A stretch of DNA of 52,449 nucleotides. It comes from Candidatus Moranbacteria bacterium UBA1302. GTDB taxonomy: Bacteria > Patescibacteriota > Minisyncoccia > Moranbacterales > UBA1568. The notes under the pieces are model-generated. The model was given only the letters and a program-made list of their open reading frames with translations, was not told the DNA's origin and ran no database searches. Positions within the stretch are counted from its first letter, which is position 1. Every line of letters begins with the position of its first letter. The DNA lies in contig DBUA01000035.1 of NCBI GenBank assembly GCA_002307715.1, positions 1-52,449 of the forward strand, written 5' to 3'. Made by a program: the position numbers and the translations under genes. Shown here piece after piece: positions 18,048 through 27,901 of this stretch.

Positions 18048-19184
18048 ATGATGAAGAAAGTTTTCTATATATCGTTTGGGATGCTTGTGCTCACGCTCAT
18101 ATTTTTGGGTGCGTATAATTTTGCTTTCAAGAGTGACACGAATAATCCGGTTGCTGATCAGGATAAGAAAGAACAAAAAGGAATAGCAACGGATATTGCA
18201 GAAAGTCTATCGAAACCGCTTGCTACGCAGTTTGAGAATCCCATCAATGAATTGGTGCTCGGGGCGGTCATCGGAACTGACGGTATGGTGTATTACTACT
18301 CGATGGATGATAAGTCGATCAAGAAAGCCTCACAAGAAGGGAAAAATAAAGAGACGCTTTTGAGTAATCTTCCCGGTGAACCGACAAGAATTTTGTGGTC
18401 CCCGAAACGCGATAAGGCACTGGTGCAGATGGGAGCATGGTATTATGTCAATTTTTCCAATCGGTCACTTGTATTGTTGAAACCGGAGATTTCTCGTCTT
18501 GTTTGGAATAATCTCGGAGATAAGGTGTTTTATCAGTATACTGATCAGAAGACCGGGGAGAGATCGTTGAATATGTCTAATCCAGATGGCAGCGATTGGA
18601 AGCAGCTTGCTGATCTTGGTACGCAGGAAACATACCTTGCAGCTATCCCTCAAAGCACCTCGGTATCGTTTTGGACTCGTCCGAATGCTTTGGAAAAAAC
18701 AACATTTGAGACGGTGAGTATTTCCGGAAGCGATCGCCGCACAGTGTTGACTGATCGTTTCGGAGCTGATTATCTTTGGTCGCCTGATGGAAGTAAAGTG
18801 CTTGTGAGTACGAGCAATCAGAAAGGCGGCAATACCGTTTCTTTGAATATCATGAATAGTAGCGGAGGAGAATATCAATCGCTTTCTATACCGACATTTG
18901 TGTCAAAAGCCGTGTGGTCAAAGAATGGCAAAATGATTTATTATGCTTTGCCTGGATCATTACCGGAAAATGGAGTTATGCCGAATGATTATTTCGGAAA
19001 ATCTGTGCATACGAAGGATACTTTTTGGAAGCTGGATCTTGATACTGGAAGGCAAACAAGACTTGTTGAACTCAAGGATGTGACACAAAGTTTCGATAGT
19101 ACGGACCTGTTTATTTCTCCGGATGAGGATTACCTTTACTTCACGGATCGCGTATCGCATCGATTGTATCGGATTGAGCTTTAA
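18048..19184 (+). CDS. membrane-anchored beta-propeller (TolB/PD40-like) protein
   Basis: N-terminal TM helix; repeated WSP/WSK blades (ILWSPKR, YLWSPDGSKV, VWSKNGK, ISPDEDYLYF). Confidence 0.8.
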   Translation: MMKKVFYISFGMLVLTLIFLGAYNFAFKSDTNNPVADQDKKEQKGIATDIAESLSKPLATQFENPINELVLGAVIGTDGMVYYYSMDDKSIKKASQEGKNKETLLSNLPGEPTRILWSPKRDKALVQMGAWYYVNFSNRSLVLLKPEISRLVWNNLGDKVFYQYTDQKTGERSLNMSNPDGSDWKQLADLGTQETYLAAIPQSTSVSFWTRPNALEKTTFETVSISGSDRRTVLTDRFGADYLWSPDGSKVLVSTSNQKGGNTVSLNIMNSSGGEYQSLSIPTFVSKAVWSKNGKMIYYALPGSLPENGVMPNDYFGKSVHTKDTFWKLDLDTGRQTRLVELKDVTQSFDSTDLFISPDEDYLYFTDRVSHRLYRIEL

Positions 19185-20443
19185 GATTTTGATAAGGAAG
19201 AGGCAGGATCGGATGTTACATCCGATCCTTTTTGTGTTGTGATAGCGAGAGCAGCACCGATGATGACCCAGAACTCGAAAGCAAGGGCGTTTCCGAATAA
19301 GGGTGTATCCGTCATTCCATAGATAAGGAAGAGTGTGATGATGGATATTAGCGCTGTTTTTGTTTCAACCATGCTAGGCGACGTTGAGAGTGAGCGTATG
19401 AGGAGCATGAATATCCGAAAAATGATGATACAGAATCCGATGATGCCAAGTAAGCCCGCTTGAAGCCATAGAGCGAGGTAGAGATTGTGCGGTTGTGGTA
19501 CAGCCCATTCGAGATAAGGAGGAAAGAATGGCTGGAGCGCCAAGTATGTTTCTTGGAATCTCCCAATGCCGATGCCGATGATAGGGTGTTCCGCGAGCAT
19601 TGTTTGGGCGGCACGCCAAATCATCAGGCGTGAAGAGAATGAAGAGCGGTCATTGAATGATATGAGAGCAGACCATTTTTCGCTTGAATGTTCCAAGAAT
19701 ATGAAGCATGAGAACAGAGCGAAGATCGTAATTATGGATATTCTGATAGCAGGCCAGTTTTTCGAGAATCGATGCGGAATTGTAAAAAAGATGATGAGTG
19801 CTGCAGCTGTCGCTATCCAAGTTCCATAAGAACGAGTGAAGAAAAGCGTAATCATCATGAGAATCAGAATGGCTATCGAAATTGGCGCGACGATTTTTGA
19901 GCGCATTTTTGATGATATCAATATCGCGAGAGTTGTCATGATGCCTGGTGTTATGGCTAGGGCAAGAAAGTTAGGCGATGTATACCAAGCTTGCAGGCGA
20001 CCATCATAGGTGAGTTGTGAGTGGATAAGAAAGAAGCAAGCGCCAAGAGCTATGGCGCCTGATGATGCTGTCATGCCTAAGAGAAAATATTTTCGAATAT
20101 CGTCAGCATCAGCGAATCGTGCAATAAGCCAGGTCGTTATGAGAGGAAAAAAAATCCACGTTTTGAGCAGTCCGAGTCCGGTCAGAGAAAAAGGATTCGA
20201 GAAGAATGAGATGATAGTGCCCGACACAAAAAGGATAATGCCGGATATGATATATGAGTCGATATGTTTGGGAGCAGTTCTTTTCCCTATCAGTAGAGCT
20301 ATGAGCGCGAGTATCGTTGGGACCTCGATGAGGTAGAGCGGATAGCCGAATAATGTGAATTTCATCGAGGCAAATGGAAGAAGGAAAAGCGTAGCGATAG
20401 CGATTCGACTGACAGTGAAAGAGTGAAGATATCGTTTTATCAT
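19181..20443 (-). CDS. O-antigen ligase-like (Wzy_C) membrane protein
   Basis: multi-TM; PNFLA, TRSYG, SRLMIW, HPIIGIGIGRF, PHNLYL. Confidence 0.85.
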   Translation of the reverse strand: MIKRYLHSFTVSRIAIATLFLLPFASMKFTLFGYPLYLIEVPTILALIALLIGKRTAPKHIDSYIISGIILFVSGTIISFFSNPFSLTGLGLLKTWIFFPLITTWLIARFADADDIRKYFLLGMTASSGAIALGACFFLIHSQLTYDGRLQAWYTSPNFLALAITPGIMTTLAILISSKMRSKIVAPISIAILILMMITLFFTRSYGTWIATAAALIIFFTIPHRFSKNWPAIRISIITIFALFSCFIFLEHSSEKWSALISFNDRSSFSSRLMIWRAAQTMLAEHPIIGIGIGRFQETYLALQPFFPPYLEWAVPQPHNLYLALWLQAGLLGIIGFCIIIFRIFMLLIRSLSTSPSMVETKTALISIITLFLIYGMTDTPLFGNALAFEFWVIIGAALAITTQKGSDVTSDPASSLSKS

Positions 20444-20471
20444 AGTGTTTGGTATGCGTGCCTGTTTTTTA

Positions 20472-21752
20472 CTATTTTCGTGATTGGTATGATGTTGCGC
20501 TTGCTAGAGCGGTTATAAAAAGGAATGCTGGTAAGACTTGAACAGAAAAAAGAGGCAGCTCAAACATTGAGTGAACGGAAAATATTATGAGTGATAGCAA
20601 TGCGGCGGCCCGAAAGGGGTCAGATGAGCGTTGCCAAGATTTTAGTGAGAGGTATATGGCTATAATAACGAATCCGACGAATCCGGCCAAACTGAGGAGT
20701 CCGGTTTCAGAAGCAATGTCGAGATACAGATCATGAGCATAGATTGGTTCGCGATAATCAGCGCTTGGCTTAGCAAGTAAAGAATAATTTCCTAATCCGA
20801 CTCCGAAAAATGGACGTTCGGCGATATATGTCAGCGTTTCTTTCCAGAGTCGCAAGCGTTCGATATTCGATCCGTCATTAAGCGAAATGCTAGATGCGAG
20901 GCGTTGGCCGATAGGGCTGAAAGCGAGAATAACGAAGAACATGATCAAGATACCTAGAGCAGGCAAAAAATGTTTTCGATTGATGGATAGAGCGCGATAT
21001 TTGAAGAGTCCTATGATAAGGCAAATCGCTCCGATAGCGAGTCCGAGATAACCGCCGCGGGAAAATGTGAGAAGGTCGGCCGTACTGAGAAGCAGAAAGG
21101 CGATGATGTATGCGAACTGATGCTGTTTCTGCGTCATGGCGAATGCGCCGGCTATCGGTATAGCAAGTCCGAGAAAGAGTGAAAACATATGAGGATCAGG
21201 AAAGAAGGCGGATGCTCGCATGAGAGTGGTTCCTGAAACATTTACAAGAAGGCTAGGATATGAGGAGACAGTGTTGCCGAATGATTGTCCGAGAAAGAAT
21301 GGGAGCAGTTGTTCTGTCCAGATTTTGAAGGATCGGTCGATGCCTATGATACATTGCGATAAGAATTGGAGTATGCCGATGAATGCTGCTGCGGTGCTGC
21401 TCCAGATGAATGCTGATAAGAGGCGTTCTTTTATCTTGTTGTTTGTGACGGACGCAGAGAAGACGATGAAGAGTGGAAGAAAATTTATGAGGAATAGGGC
21501 TTTTCTGACAGCCCAAGAGATATTTTCAGCCCAAAGTGGAGATGAAAAAGCGATGATAGCATAGACGCTGAATGGGAAAAGGATGGCGGGTTGTGGAAGT
21601 TCCAGCTTTTGTTCCGCCAGGCTTTTCACTGCGAATGTGATTATGAGGCCGAGAGCTAGCACACGACAAAGTGCCAAATCGATGCTATCCATAGGCGAAA
21701 GTGCCCATTGGAATGGCAGTATCCAGAAGAAAAATATCAAAAACCGTTCCAT
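20472..21752 (-). CDS. O-antigen ligase-like (Wzy_C) membrane protein
   Basis: multi-TM; RASAFFPDPH, TFSRGGY, ERLRLW, PFFGVGLGNY, AHDLYL. Confidence 0.87.
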   Translation of the reverse strand: MERFLIFFFWILPFQWALSPMDSIDLALCRVLALGLIITFAVKSLAEQKLELPQPAILFPFSVYAIIAFSSPLWAENISWAVRKALFLINFLPLFIVFSASVTNNKIKERLLSAFIWSSTAAAFIGILQFLSQCIIGIDRSFKIWTEQLLPFFLGQSFGNTVSSYPSLLVNVSGTTLMRASAFFPDPHMFSLFLGLAIPIAGAFAMTQKQHQFAYIIAFLLLSTADLLTFSRGGYLGLAIGAICLIIGLFKYRALSINRKHFLPALGILIMFFVILAFSPIGQRLASSISLNDGSNIERLRLWKETLTYIAERPFFGVGLGNYSLLAKPSADYREPIYAHDLYLDIASETGLLSLAGFVGFVIIAIYLSLKSWQRSSDPFRAAALLSLIIFSVHSMFELPLFSVQVLPAFLFITALASATSYQSRK

Positions 21753-21778
21753 AGCGTGAGAAGTTTCCTAAGAGGATA

Positions 21779-22567
21779 TCAAAATCCGTACCGGAGCAAC
21801 CGGAGCAACCGGAGAGCGAAAATCTCTTTTTTTGGCCGATATTTTCGCATGTAGGTTTCTTGTGATTCGAAGAAATACCGTTTCTGTGACGCGTGAGAGG
21901 GATGGCTTTTTCCTCCTCGATGGGTGATCGATGTCTTGAAGGAAAGTCGGATTGATTTTCCGAATGCTCTCATCCGTTTGCAGAGATCCATATCTTCGAA
22001 ATAGAGAAAGAACCGTTCATCAAAACCGCCTATGTTTGAAAAATCATCTTTTCTCATAAAAAGCGCTCCTCCGCTGACCCAATCGGTCGTGATGGTTTCG
22101 GATGTATTTTTTCTGGAGGCGATTGGAAAAAGATTGTTTTTGATAAGTCTCGAAAAAGTAAGCTCATCGCCGAAACTGAAACTCTCTTGCTGACCATTGC
22201 TATCGACAAGCGAAATGCCAGCCACCCCGATCGTTTGGTCGGAAAGAAGAGAGAGAATAGAGTCCAAGGAACGTCCCGTCCAGAGGATATCAGGATTGAT
22301 GAAGCCGATGATATGTCCTTGTGCAGCAGCAGCGCCGAGATTTGCTCCTTTTCCGAAACCTCCGTTCTGACCGCTTTCGATAACGATGAATCCGAATATT
22401 CTACTGAGCGCATGGATTACGCTGTATTCGTTGGGATCGTTGTTTACGACGATGAGTTCGCTTCGTGAAAGATCCTCGGTATGTTGGATGCTTTGTATCG
22501 CTTCGGCTAGATAGCGGGCGCTACCGTAGTTGACGAATATGAGCGAATAAAGAGGGGTGTTCGGCAT
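21779..22567 (-). CDS. glycosyltransferase family 2
   Basis: SLIFVNY, NGGFGKGANLG, INPD, DWVSGG, GGFDERFFLYFEDMDLC; start uncertain (22567 or 22579). Confidence 0.9.
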   Translation of the reverse strand: MPNTPLYSLIFVNYGSARYLAEAIQSIQHTEDLSRSELIVVNNDPNEYSVIHALSRIFGFIVIESGQNGGFGKGANLGAAAAQGHIIGFINPDILWTGRSLDSILSLLSDQTIGVAGISLVDSNGQQESFSFGDELTFSRLIKNNLFPIASRKNTSETITTDWVSGGALFMRKDDFSNIGGFDERFFLYFEDMDLCKRMRAFGKSIRLSFKTSITHRGGKSHPSHASQKRYFFESQETYMRKYRPKKEIFALRLLRLLRYGF

Positions 22568-23414
22568 AATAGTCGGCATAGGCTTGTCCAACACGGAAGG
22601 CTTCTTCCCTCCCGAGAAGCCTGTCAATCAGATTCTTTGTCCTCCGTATTGTAGCATATATGCAGAGATATGGCCGGATATACCAAGGCGTATGCCGATC
22701 GAAAAATATGAGTCCTGAGCGGACGAGATGGTAGATTTTTTCAGGATTGGATTGGCTCGACTCCTTATGTTGGACAATCGCTTGTGGAACGATAGATAGG
22801 CCGAACCCTGCTTGAGAGGCGCGCAACGAGAAATCAGCGTCTTCATAATAAAGAAAGAATGTTTCATCAAGGAAACCTATACGTGCAAAAACTTCTTTGC
22901 GGATCAGGAGCGCACAGCCGGTTAGGATAGGGCTCGAATAATGTGCAAGTCCTAGTTCTGCATCTTTTGGCATCACGTGTTCGGTCCTCATGCGGAAGAA
23001 TCGGATTATCGCTTTCCCGAACCAAAGCGATTCATGCTGCGGATCGAAGATAATCGGACTCAGAAGTCCTGCTTGTGGCAAGGCGAAGGAATGATGTATC
23101 AGGATATTCAAGGAATCTGGGTGAGCGGTTGCGTCATTATTGAAGAGCCAGCACCAATCTGCTCCTCGCTCCAAGGCTGCGCGTATTCCAGCATTCATTC
23201 CTCCGGCAAAACCGAGGTTGGTACCAGTCGTCATGAAATGATAATTCGGGAATGAGCGCTTGGCTTCTTCGTATGATCCGTCGGTTGAAGCATTATCGAC
23301 AACGATGATATCTTTCCGATCGTAATGGAGATTGGAAAGTGAAATGAGACAATCATGAAGGCAATCGCGGCCATTCCAGTTGAGAACGATGATAGCGACT
23401 TTCGGAGAAATCAT
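22521..23414 (-). CDS. glycosyltransferase family 2
   Basis: IIVLNWNG, VVDNASTDGS, NLGFAGGMN, FNND, GFLDETFFLYYEDADF. Confidence 0.92.
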   Translation of the reverse strand: MISPKVAIIVLNWNGRDCLHDCLISLSNLHYDRKDIIVVDNASTDGSYEEAKRSFPNYHFMTTGTNLGFAGGMNAGIRAALERGADWCWLFNNDATAHPDSLNILIHHSFALPQAGLLSPIIFDPQHESLWFGKAIIRFFRMRTEHVMPKDAELGLAHYSSPILTGCALLIRKEVFARIGFLDETFFLYYEDADFSLRASQAGFGLSIVPQAIVQHKESSQSNPEKIYHLVRSGLIFFDRHTPWYIRPYLCIYATIRRTKNLIDRLLGREEAFRVGQAYADYYAEHPSLFAHIRQLR

Positions 23415-23425
23415 ATGAAGATTCC

Positions 23426-24889
23426 TTAGGGGACCATCGTTTCCATCCGTTCGGCCTCGGCGATTGATCCTGGCTGCTTTTGGAAGAGACTGACCAATTC
23501 GTTTTTATTCACGGCATGAGTTAGCCAGAGGACGAAGAGATATGTTGCAACACCGGCGGCGCTTGCCAAAAGGAAAGAGTATGGTTCAGCGATCGCGAGA
23601 ACTGCTCCCATGGAAAATCCAGATAGCAGTATAGAGCCGATTTTTTCAAAAGATGGAAGGAATTTTATTTGTCGAAATACAAGCGTTCCGGTGAGTAAAG
23701 CCACAAGCATCTCTGTCAGGAAGGAGGCGCTTGCCGCTCCCATGTAAGAGTATTCTTTGATGAGGAAGGTATTGATAGCAACATTGAAAACAGCAGCGAT
23801 GATAAGCGTTTGCATGAGTTTCTTTTGGAGATTGCCGACAATGAGGAGCATATTGAAAAATTGTCCGAAAAAGATGCATCCGAGTGCGAAGATGAGGATA
23901 CGGAGCACGGGAGCTGATTCTGGAAAGCCGTTTCCTGAGACGATCCGGATGATATCATTCGCAAGAAACCATGTTCCGACGATAAGAGGCGTGATGATGA
24001 TGAGAAAAACTTTGAAAGTCTTGTTGGCGATTTCTTCGAAGCGCATACGATTGGTGAAGATGAAACGTGAAAGAAGCGGCAAGATCAAGCCGGCTAACAT
24101 GGCAGGGAAGAAAATCAAGTTTTCCATGATCTTATAGGCGACGTTATAGATACCGACATGGGAATTCGATTGGAAAAGCGAGAGAAGGATGGTATCCATT
24201 TTGAAATATATAAATGTGATGATGGCTGTCATGCCCATCGGCCAAGATTCGCGAAGGAAGCGTTTCCAATAAATGAAATCAAAAGTGAGATGGAATGATG
24301 CATAGCGTCGGCTTAATAAAAGAGCTAATATGGCGTTGAATGAGAGCGATATGATGAGGGTGGTAGCGATAGCTAGGAATCCCCAATTGGCTTTTACGAT
24401 AAGAGCGACGGAACCCACTTGGAGAAGTTTGCCGATGAATTCAATCATGGCGATTTTATCCATGGCGAGATGTTTCTGAAAGATGCCGTTAAGAGTGAGA
24501 GAAAGTGTCGAGAATATTATGGCTCCGGCTGCGATGACGATACCTGCTTTGACGTCGCTCGAATAATTAAAGAAAACGACGATAAAAGGCGCTATCATAG
24601 CAAGCATGACGGATGATGCGAGACGGAGCGCTATGACATTGCCGAGGATTTTTCCTTCGTCGGCTCCATCACGCGATATTTCTCGAGCGGTCACTGAGCC
24701 GAGTCCGAGATCAGCGACAGCTGAGAAGAATGCAAAGAAAGCCAGGACAGTAGCGTATTTTCCGAATCCGTCCTGACCAAGATAGCCGGTAATCAAGCGT
24801 ATGGATAAAAGCGAAAGCGCGACGGTCGAAAAAACTTTGAGCGCTGAATTGATGATGACGATATAAGCGATTTTCCGGGCTACGGCCAT
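23426..24889 (-). CDS. polysaccharide flippase (Wzx/MOP family)
   Basis: 487-aa multi-TM protein; YLGQDGFGKY, DLGL, KMDTILL, VGIYNVAYKI, YMGAA. Confidence 0.88.
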   Translation of the reverse strand: MAVARKIAYIVIINSALKVFSTVALSLLSIRLITGYLGQDGFGKYATVLAFFAFFSAVADLGLGSVTAREISRDGADEGKILGNVIALRLASSVMLAMIAPFIVVFFNYSSDVKAGIVIAAGAIIFSTLSLTLNGIFQKHLAMDKIAMIEFIGKLLQVGSVALIVKANWGFLAIATTLIISLSFNAILALLLSRRYASFHLTFDFIYWKRFLRESWPMGMTAIITFIYFKMDTILLSLFQSNSHVGIYNVAYKIMENLIFFPAMLAGLILPLLSRFIFTNRMRFEEIANKTFKVFLIIITPLIVGTWFLANDIIRIVSGNGFPESAPVLRILIFALGCIFFGQFFNMLLIVGNLQKKLMQTLIIAAVFNVAINTFLIKEYSYMGAASASFLTEMLVALLTGTLVFRQIKFLPSFEKIGSILLSGFSMGAVLAIAEPYSFLLASAAGVATYLFVLWLTHAVNKNELVSLFQKQPGSIAEAERMETMVP

Positions 24890-24951
24890 AAGAATGATGA
24901 CAGCGGATTTGTCCTTGAATTATAGCAGTATTTTGTCGCTCAGGATATGAG

Positions 24952-24980
24952 AAATCCCGCCAATTTCAAGCGGGATTTTT
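24952..24980. terminator. intrinsic terminator after jag
   Basis: AAATCCCGC...GCGGGATTTTT. Confidence 0.65.
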
Positions 24981-24999
24981 CTAGGGTATTGAATTTATA

Positions 25000-25482
25000 T
25001 CAGGCGATCGATACTTCATCGGTCGGTTTCGGTCTGACGAGTACCTTCCTTTCTTCTCCTTTCCCAATGCTCTCGGTGGTGACAGAGGGCATATGAGCAA
25101 GATGGGAGTGGATGATTTTCCGTTCATAAGGAAGCATCGGACGAAGCGCTACGGAAATATTATTTTCTAAGGCTTCAGAACAGGCTTTTTCAGCTTCTCG
25201 TTCCAAGGCTTCGCGTTTTCCTGCAAAATAACCGTTAATATCGACGATTATATCGGTCCGTTCGCCTACGCGTTTACGGAGCATTACTCGAACTAGATGT
25301 TGTATAGCTGCAAGATTTATGCCATGCTGTCCAATCAGCAAATTTTGGTTTTCAGCGATTTCTGCTTGGCAGGTGATTATGCCATCTGATGTCACCTGTG
25401 TTTTCACAGAAGCCGAAAATCCCATTTTTTCGAGCACATTGGTAACGATGTCCGTGAGTTCTTCTTGATGTTCAGTGGCCAT
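25000..25482 (-). CDS. jag: Jag/KhpB RNA-binding protein (KH + R3H)
   Basis: LLIGQHG (KH), PMLPYERKIIH (R3H), TESIGKGEERKV; position after yidC. Confidence 0.9.
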   Translation of the reverse strand: MATEHQEELTDIVTNVLEKMGFSASVKTQVTSDGIITCQAEIAENQNLLIGQHGINLAAIQHLVRVMLRKRVGERTDIIVDINGYFAGKREALEREAEKACSEALENNISVALRPMLPYERKIIHSHLAHMPSVTTESIGKGEERKVLVRPKPTDEVSIA

Positions 25483-25486
25483 AGAG

Positions 25487-26209
25487 TTAGAATTCTTTCC
25501 GTTTAATGATGAATGTCTGTTGGACGAGCATGAAAACGGTCGAAACAAGCCAATAAAGCGAAAGAGCAGCAGGGAACGTGACGCCGATAAAGAAGGTGAG
25601 ACCAGGACCGAGATAAAGCATCTGTTTATTCATGATAGTGGCGATATCTGATTGATTCGCCTCAGCGTTCTGTTGGGTCGGTTGGCCTTGGAGCAGTGTT
25701 TTTGTTTGGAAATATTGTGCAAGAGCCGCAAGAGCTGCAAAGATATAATTTGGTTTTGAAAGATCAATGAACCCGATGAAAAAATGGCTGACCATCCCCG
25801 GATTATTGATAAAGAAATAGAGATTTTCTTGGGAAATAAGGAAACCGGACTGGGAAATATTGATGATGACCCGATAGATAGCAATGAGGAATATGAGCTG
25901 GATGATGAGTGGCAGGCATCCAGAAACAGGATTGGCGCCGTGCTCTTTATAGAGCGCCATAATGGCTTTTGTCTGGGCTTCCTTGTCTTCTTTATGGCGT
26001 TTTTGGAGTTCTTTTATCTTCGGTTGAAGCTCTTGCATCTTTTTTTGCGACTCAATCTGCTTCTTTGAAAGGGGGATAAAAAAAGCTTTAAGCAGGAGTG
26101 TTGTTAGTATGATGGCAATGCCGAAATCATGTCCTGGAATCACATCATAGAAGAACACGATAACGTTGTATAGCGGTTGGTAGATAGCGATATGGAAAAG
26201 TGCGACCAT
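25487..26209 (-). CDS. yidC: membrane protein insertase YidC/Oxa1
   Basis: FGIAIILTT, MQELQPKIKELQ, NPVSGCLP, PAALSLYW. Confidence 0.95.
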   Translation of the reverse strand: MVALFHIAIYQPLYNVIVFFYDVIPGHDFGIAIILTTLLLKAFFIPLSKKQIESQKKMQELQPKIKELQKRHKEDKEAQTKAIMALYKEHGANPVSGCLPLIIQLIFLIAIYRVIINISQSGFLISQENLYFFINNPGMVSHFFIGFIDLSKPNYIFAALAALAQYFQTKTLLQGQPTQQNAEANQSDIATIMNKQMLYLGPGLTFFIGVTFPAALSLYWLVSTVFMLVQQTFIIKRKEF

Positions 26210-26215
26210 AGGATA

Positions 26216-26560
26216 CTAATCTTTTTGCTTATGTATATATTTGATGATACGCGAAACAATCGATAAGGAAGTGTAATAATCCATATGTTTCGGCTGTTTC
26301 TTAGCGAAAAAAACGATGTCGATTCCGGAGGGCCATTCAGAGCGTAATGAGGTGAAAGCTTCGGAAATGACTCTGCGAAGATGATTCCTGTCAACGGCAA
26401 GAGGAAGAGATTTTTTGCTTAGTGAAAATCCTACCCTAAGTCCTGCTATTGCGTTTTGAGAGATCCTACAGCCGATTTCCTCAAAAAAAAGAGGCTTTCC
26501 GCTACGAAAAACTCTGTCAAAGTCTACTTTTTTCGTTATACGGAAGCCTTTTTTTAGCAT
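26216..26560 (-). CDS. rnpA: ribonuclease P protein component
   Basis: RITKKVDFDRVFRSG, RVGFSLSKK, AVDRNHLRR; canonical rpmH-rnpA-yidC order. Confidence 0.9.
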   Translation of the reverse strand: MLKKGFRITKKVDFDRVFRSGKPLFFEEIGCRISQNAIAGLRVGFSLSKKSLPLAVDRNHLRRVISEAFTSLRSEWPSGIDIVFFAKKQPKHMDYYTSLSIVSRIIKYIHKQKD

Positions 26561-26563
26561 ATC

Positions 26564-26704
26564 TTACGCTACAGCGAGTCTTTTACGGCCAACAGCTCGG
26601 CGCGCAGCGATGACTTTGCGGCCGCTGGCAGTGCTCATGCGCTCCAGAAAACCGTGCCGGCGTGCACGCTTACGCGTTTTCGGCTGATATGTCCTTTTTG
26701 GCAT
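26564..26704 (-). CDS. rpmH: 50S ribosomal protein L34 (not in the ORF track)
   Basis: manual translation [46 protein letters not shown]. Confidence 0.97.
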   Translation of the reverse strand: MPKRTYQPKTRKRARRHGFLERMSTASGRKVIAARRAVGRKRLAVA

Positions 26705-26847
26705 ACGGATTATTCCTAGGGTTATTACAGTTTTCACAGTATATCAGAAGAGGGGAGAAAGTCAACCGCTTTGCAGAATATTTTAGCTCGACAGAGACTG
26801 TTTTTCCTGATAGAATGTATATGTTATCGGAAAATTCTCTCAAATGT

Positions 26848-27507
26848 ATGAATATCCAGTATTACGGTGATTATTGCTTTAAAATAAGCACGAAACCAGC
26901 CGGAAGAGCTACGGATGACATTATCATCTGGACGGACCCGTTAGAAAAGGGCGCCGGTCTTCGTTCGCCGCAGGGAGAAGCGAATATCGTTTTTTTGACG
27001 CATGGTGACACTCAAGCGGCACGTGAATCGCTGAAAGGCGAGCCTGTTATCATTGACGCTCCGGGAGAATACGCCGCTCGCGGAATTACAGCACTTGGTT
27101 TTCCGGCTTTTTGTGACGAAGAAGAAGGAGCTCTTCGTGGACAGAATACCGTTTTTGTTTTTGAAAGCGAAGACATTCACATGTGCTTTCTCGGAGCTCT
27201 TGGTCATGATTTGTCGCCTGAGACATTAGGAAAATTGAATGGCATCGATATTTTGTTCGTTCCAGTAGGTGGAGATGATACTATTTCAGCAAAGTTAGCG
27301 GCTGAGCTTGTGAGGAAGATTGAACCGAATGTTGTTATACCGATGCATTATGCTCTGTCTGGATTGGCGGTGCGCTTGAGCAGTGAGAAGGCTTTTTGTG
27401 AGGCTCTCGGCAATTGTCCTCGAGAGACCTTGCAAAAATTCAATATAAAGAAGAAAGATCTTGAAGAAAAGATGCTTGAAGTGGTGTTGCTTGAGCGCGG
27501 AGCATAG
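26848..27507 (+). CDS. MBL-fold hydrolase-like protein with degenerate metal motif
   Basis: MNIQYYG, TDP, PGEY, DILFVPVGG, IEPNVVIPMHY; expected HxHxDH reads THGDTQ. Confidence 0.8.
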   Translation: MNIQYYGDYCFKISTKPAGRATDDIIIWTDPLEKGAGLRSPQGEANIVFLTHGDTQAARESLKGEPVIIDAPGEYAARGITALGFPAFCDEEEGALRGQNTVFVFESEDIHMCFLGALGHDLSPETLGKLNGIDILFVPVGGDDTISAKLAAELVRKIEPNVVIPMHYALSGLAVRLSSEKAFCEALGNCPRETLQKFNIKKKDLEEKMLEVVLLERGA

Positions 27508-27518
27508 CGTACGCGATT

Positions 27519-27866
27519 ATGGCTTTTGATATTTGGGAAAAGATAGAGGCGATTCGACATCAGCCAGAGTCTGTCCGTATGCGGTATGCTCTGGCCTGTG
27601 TTGGTATTTCGATGCTGCTGATCATCGGTCTTTGGCTTCTTTCGGTTCGTGAAGGATTTTCGGATTTTTCTGAAGGCTTATCGGCAACGATAGAAAAAGG
27701 GAAAGAAATCAATCCTCAAACGGATACGCCATCGCTCAATGATATGTTTGAACAGTCAAAAACGCTTCGCGTCGATAGTTCGGGGAAAACGGGCCAGCAA
27801 TTTTTTGATGAGAAGCTCCAGCAATCGCAGCAGGGAACGGCAAGTGGCATAGGGACGGAACAATAA
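27519..27866 (+). CDS. hypothetical single-pass membrane protein
   Basis: 115-aa ORF with one hydrophobic helix, tightly packed before gyrA. Confidence 0.75.
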   Translation: MAFDIWEKIEAIRHQPESVRMRYALACVGISMLLIIGLWLLSVREGFSDFSEGLSATIEKGKEINPQTDTPSLNDMFEQSKTLRVDSSGKTGQQFFDEKLQQSQQGTASGIGTEQ

Positions 27867-27901
27867 TGTGATTATCCAGTAAGACAAGTTATTTCTCGAG
27901 T

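Noticed and set aside
21791..21814. 9-bp tandem repeat CCGGAGCAA as a phase-variation tract
   Set aside because: In-frame, under three copies, encodes LRLLRLLR at a protein C-terminus
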